45,939 nt of DNA from an uncultured Saprospiraceae bacterium (GTDB taxonomy: Bacteria > Bacteroidota > Bacteroidia > Bacteroidales > CAYLPA01): assembly GCA_964385385.1 (NCBI GenBank), contig CAYLPA010000003.1:2210-48148 (forward strand), written 5' to 3'. The translations under genes and the position numbers were made by a program. Under the pieces are notes generated by a model. The model searched no databases. It was not told where the DNA came from and saw only the letters and a list, made by a program, of their open reading frames with translations. This document shows positions 44,852-45,939 of this stretch, in pieces. How positions within the stretch are numbered: the first letter of the stretch is position 1; each line of letters begins with the position of its first letter.

Positions 44852-45939
44852 TCAATTAATTTCTTTTTCAATGTAAACAGTTGATGTTTTATCATCGTGA
44901 GAAATATTAAATCCACGCTTTTCGAATAATGTAATCATCCTATGGTTATCAGATGTTGTCTGAGCCACAATTTTTTTTAATCCCCATTTTTTTGATATTT
45001 CCATGCAATAATTAGTAAGATGATTGCCAAGTTCTTTATTCTGCCATTTGTCTGTGATAAGAATTGCGTATTCTACTGTTTCATGTTCTATGTCGGCTAT
45101 AAGTCTGCCAACTCCAATTAGTTTCTTTTTTCCATCTTCAATAATTTCGGCAACAATAGCAATTTCGCGATCGTAATCAATATAGCAATATCTGACGGCA
45201 ACTTCATGAAAAGACCATTTGAAAAAATAATTAAAACGAGAATAAAGTGATTCTTTAGAACAACTCTCTAATAAATCAAACCACATTGGTTCGTCTTCAG
45301 GTTTGATAGGACGGAAAATTACATCTTTTCCATCAATAGTTAATGGTTTAGAAATATATTCTTCGGGATATGGAACGATTGACAAATGAGAATATTTCTC
45401 AACTTCTACATCAGGCATAGATTTATCTACGACAATTCTGGCATCGAGTGCAATAATTTTGTTACTCGAAACAAGAAGTGGATTAATATCTAATTCTTTG
45501 ATTTTAGAATGCTCGGCAGCAAGATAAGATAATCTTATAATTACTTCAATAAGTTTATCCAAATTAACCGGTTTGCTACCTCTGTATCCATTTAGCAAAG
45601 GCCATATTTTTAGTTCTTCAAGCATTCTTCGAGCTAATCTTTCATTAAGTGGAGGAAAACCAAGAGAACGGTCTGCAAAAAGTTCAGCAGTTACTCCGCC
45701 GGCTCCAACTAAAATTACAGTTCCAAAAACATTATCTTTTTTTATTCCAAGGATAAGCTCAATTGAATCAGAAAATTCTATCATTGGTTGAACAGTAACA
45801 CCCTCGATTGTTGCTTCCGGAATTTTTGCAGAAACTTTTTTGAGCATTGTGCTGTAAGCTTTTTCAGCTTCATCATCATTTTGAATATTTAAAATTACAC
45901 CTCCAACATCTGATTTATGTGTTATGTCAGGAGAATGAA
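44852..45939 (-). CDS. ADP-forming acetyl-CoA synthetase-like / GNAT N-acetyltransferase fusion (Pat-like), C-terminal part; continues past the right edge
   Basis: The frame stays open upstream of the ORF-track Met (HSPDITHKSDVGGVILNIQ..., ATP-grasp KSDVGGV). The C-terminal GNAT block is ILITDKWQNKELGNHL...FEKRGF. Confidence 0.75.
   Translation of the reverse strand, partial: HSPDITHKSDVGGVILNIQNDDEAEKAYSTMLKKVSAKIPEATIEGVTVQPMIEFSDSIELILGIKKDNVFGTVILVGAGGVTAELFADRSLGFPPLNERLARRMLEELKIWPLLNGYRGSKPVNLDKLIEVIIRLSYLAAEHSKIKELDINPLLVSSNKIIALDARIVVDKSMPDVEVEKYSHLSIVPYPEEYISKPLTIDGKDVIFRPIKPEDEPMWFDLLESCSKESLYSRFNYFFKWSFHEVAVRYCYIDYDREIAIVAEIIEDGKKKLIGVGRLIADIEHETVEYAILITDKWQNKELGNHLTNYCMEISKKWGLKKIVAQTTSDNHRMITLFEKRGFNISHDDKTSTVYIEKEIN

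Noticed and set aside
5433-45791. All other 60-125-aa track ORFs nested in or antisense to the large genes (e.g. 9375-9572, 10752-11196, 23345-23572, 34260-34448, 35785-36102, 41384-42579, 45573-45791).
   Set aside because: Each is embedded in a longer ORF with clear family motifs, and the translations are low-complexity. They are treated as spurious.
711-45939. A functional link between cas9 and the adjacent pigment cluster.
   Set aside because: The two are separated by an opposite-strand lipoprotein gene and a REP hairpin, and there is no shared operon structure. Adjacency looks coincidental.

Overview
AT-rich (about 30% GC by eye) Bacteroidota-type DNA in two parts. (1) Left 5.3 kb: a partial RAYT/IS200-like HUH transposase gene that runs off the window edge, then GC-rich REP palindromes, an apparently intact 1392-aa type II-C-like cas9, and a divergently placed tracrRNA. 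No cas1, cas2 or CRISPR array is present anywhere in the window. The same REP family lies on both sides of the cas9-tracrRNA unit. Just downstream of the tracrRNA, one REP hairpin sits between two about 44-bp imperfect direct repeats that can partly pair with the tracrRNA anti-repeat. (2) The remaining 40 kb is one tightly packed minus-strand biosynthetic cluster of the flexirubin type, with many 4-32 nt gene overlaps. It carries darA/darB dialkylresorcinol genes, type II FAS-like KS/CLF/ACP/dehydratase/thioesterase aryl-polyene machinery, LolA-like, MMPL and ABC export genes, acyltransferases, two B12-binding radical SAM enzymes and a pair of phytoene-desaturase-like oxidoreductases. A plus-strand block (B12-rSAM, small ORF, TonB-dependent receptor, T9SS-sorted surface protein) interrupts it. 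The cluster runs off the right edge inside a Pat-like ACS/GNAT fusion gene. The most unusual item is the REP-bounded orphan cas9/tracrRNA module next to a Y1 HUH transposase. A second oddity is a 108-bp array of tandem repeats that reiterate a start-codon context between two ketosynthase genes. Product calls come from motif recognition by eye; no database search was possible.
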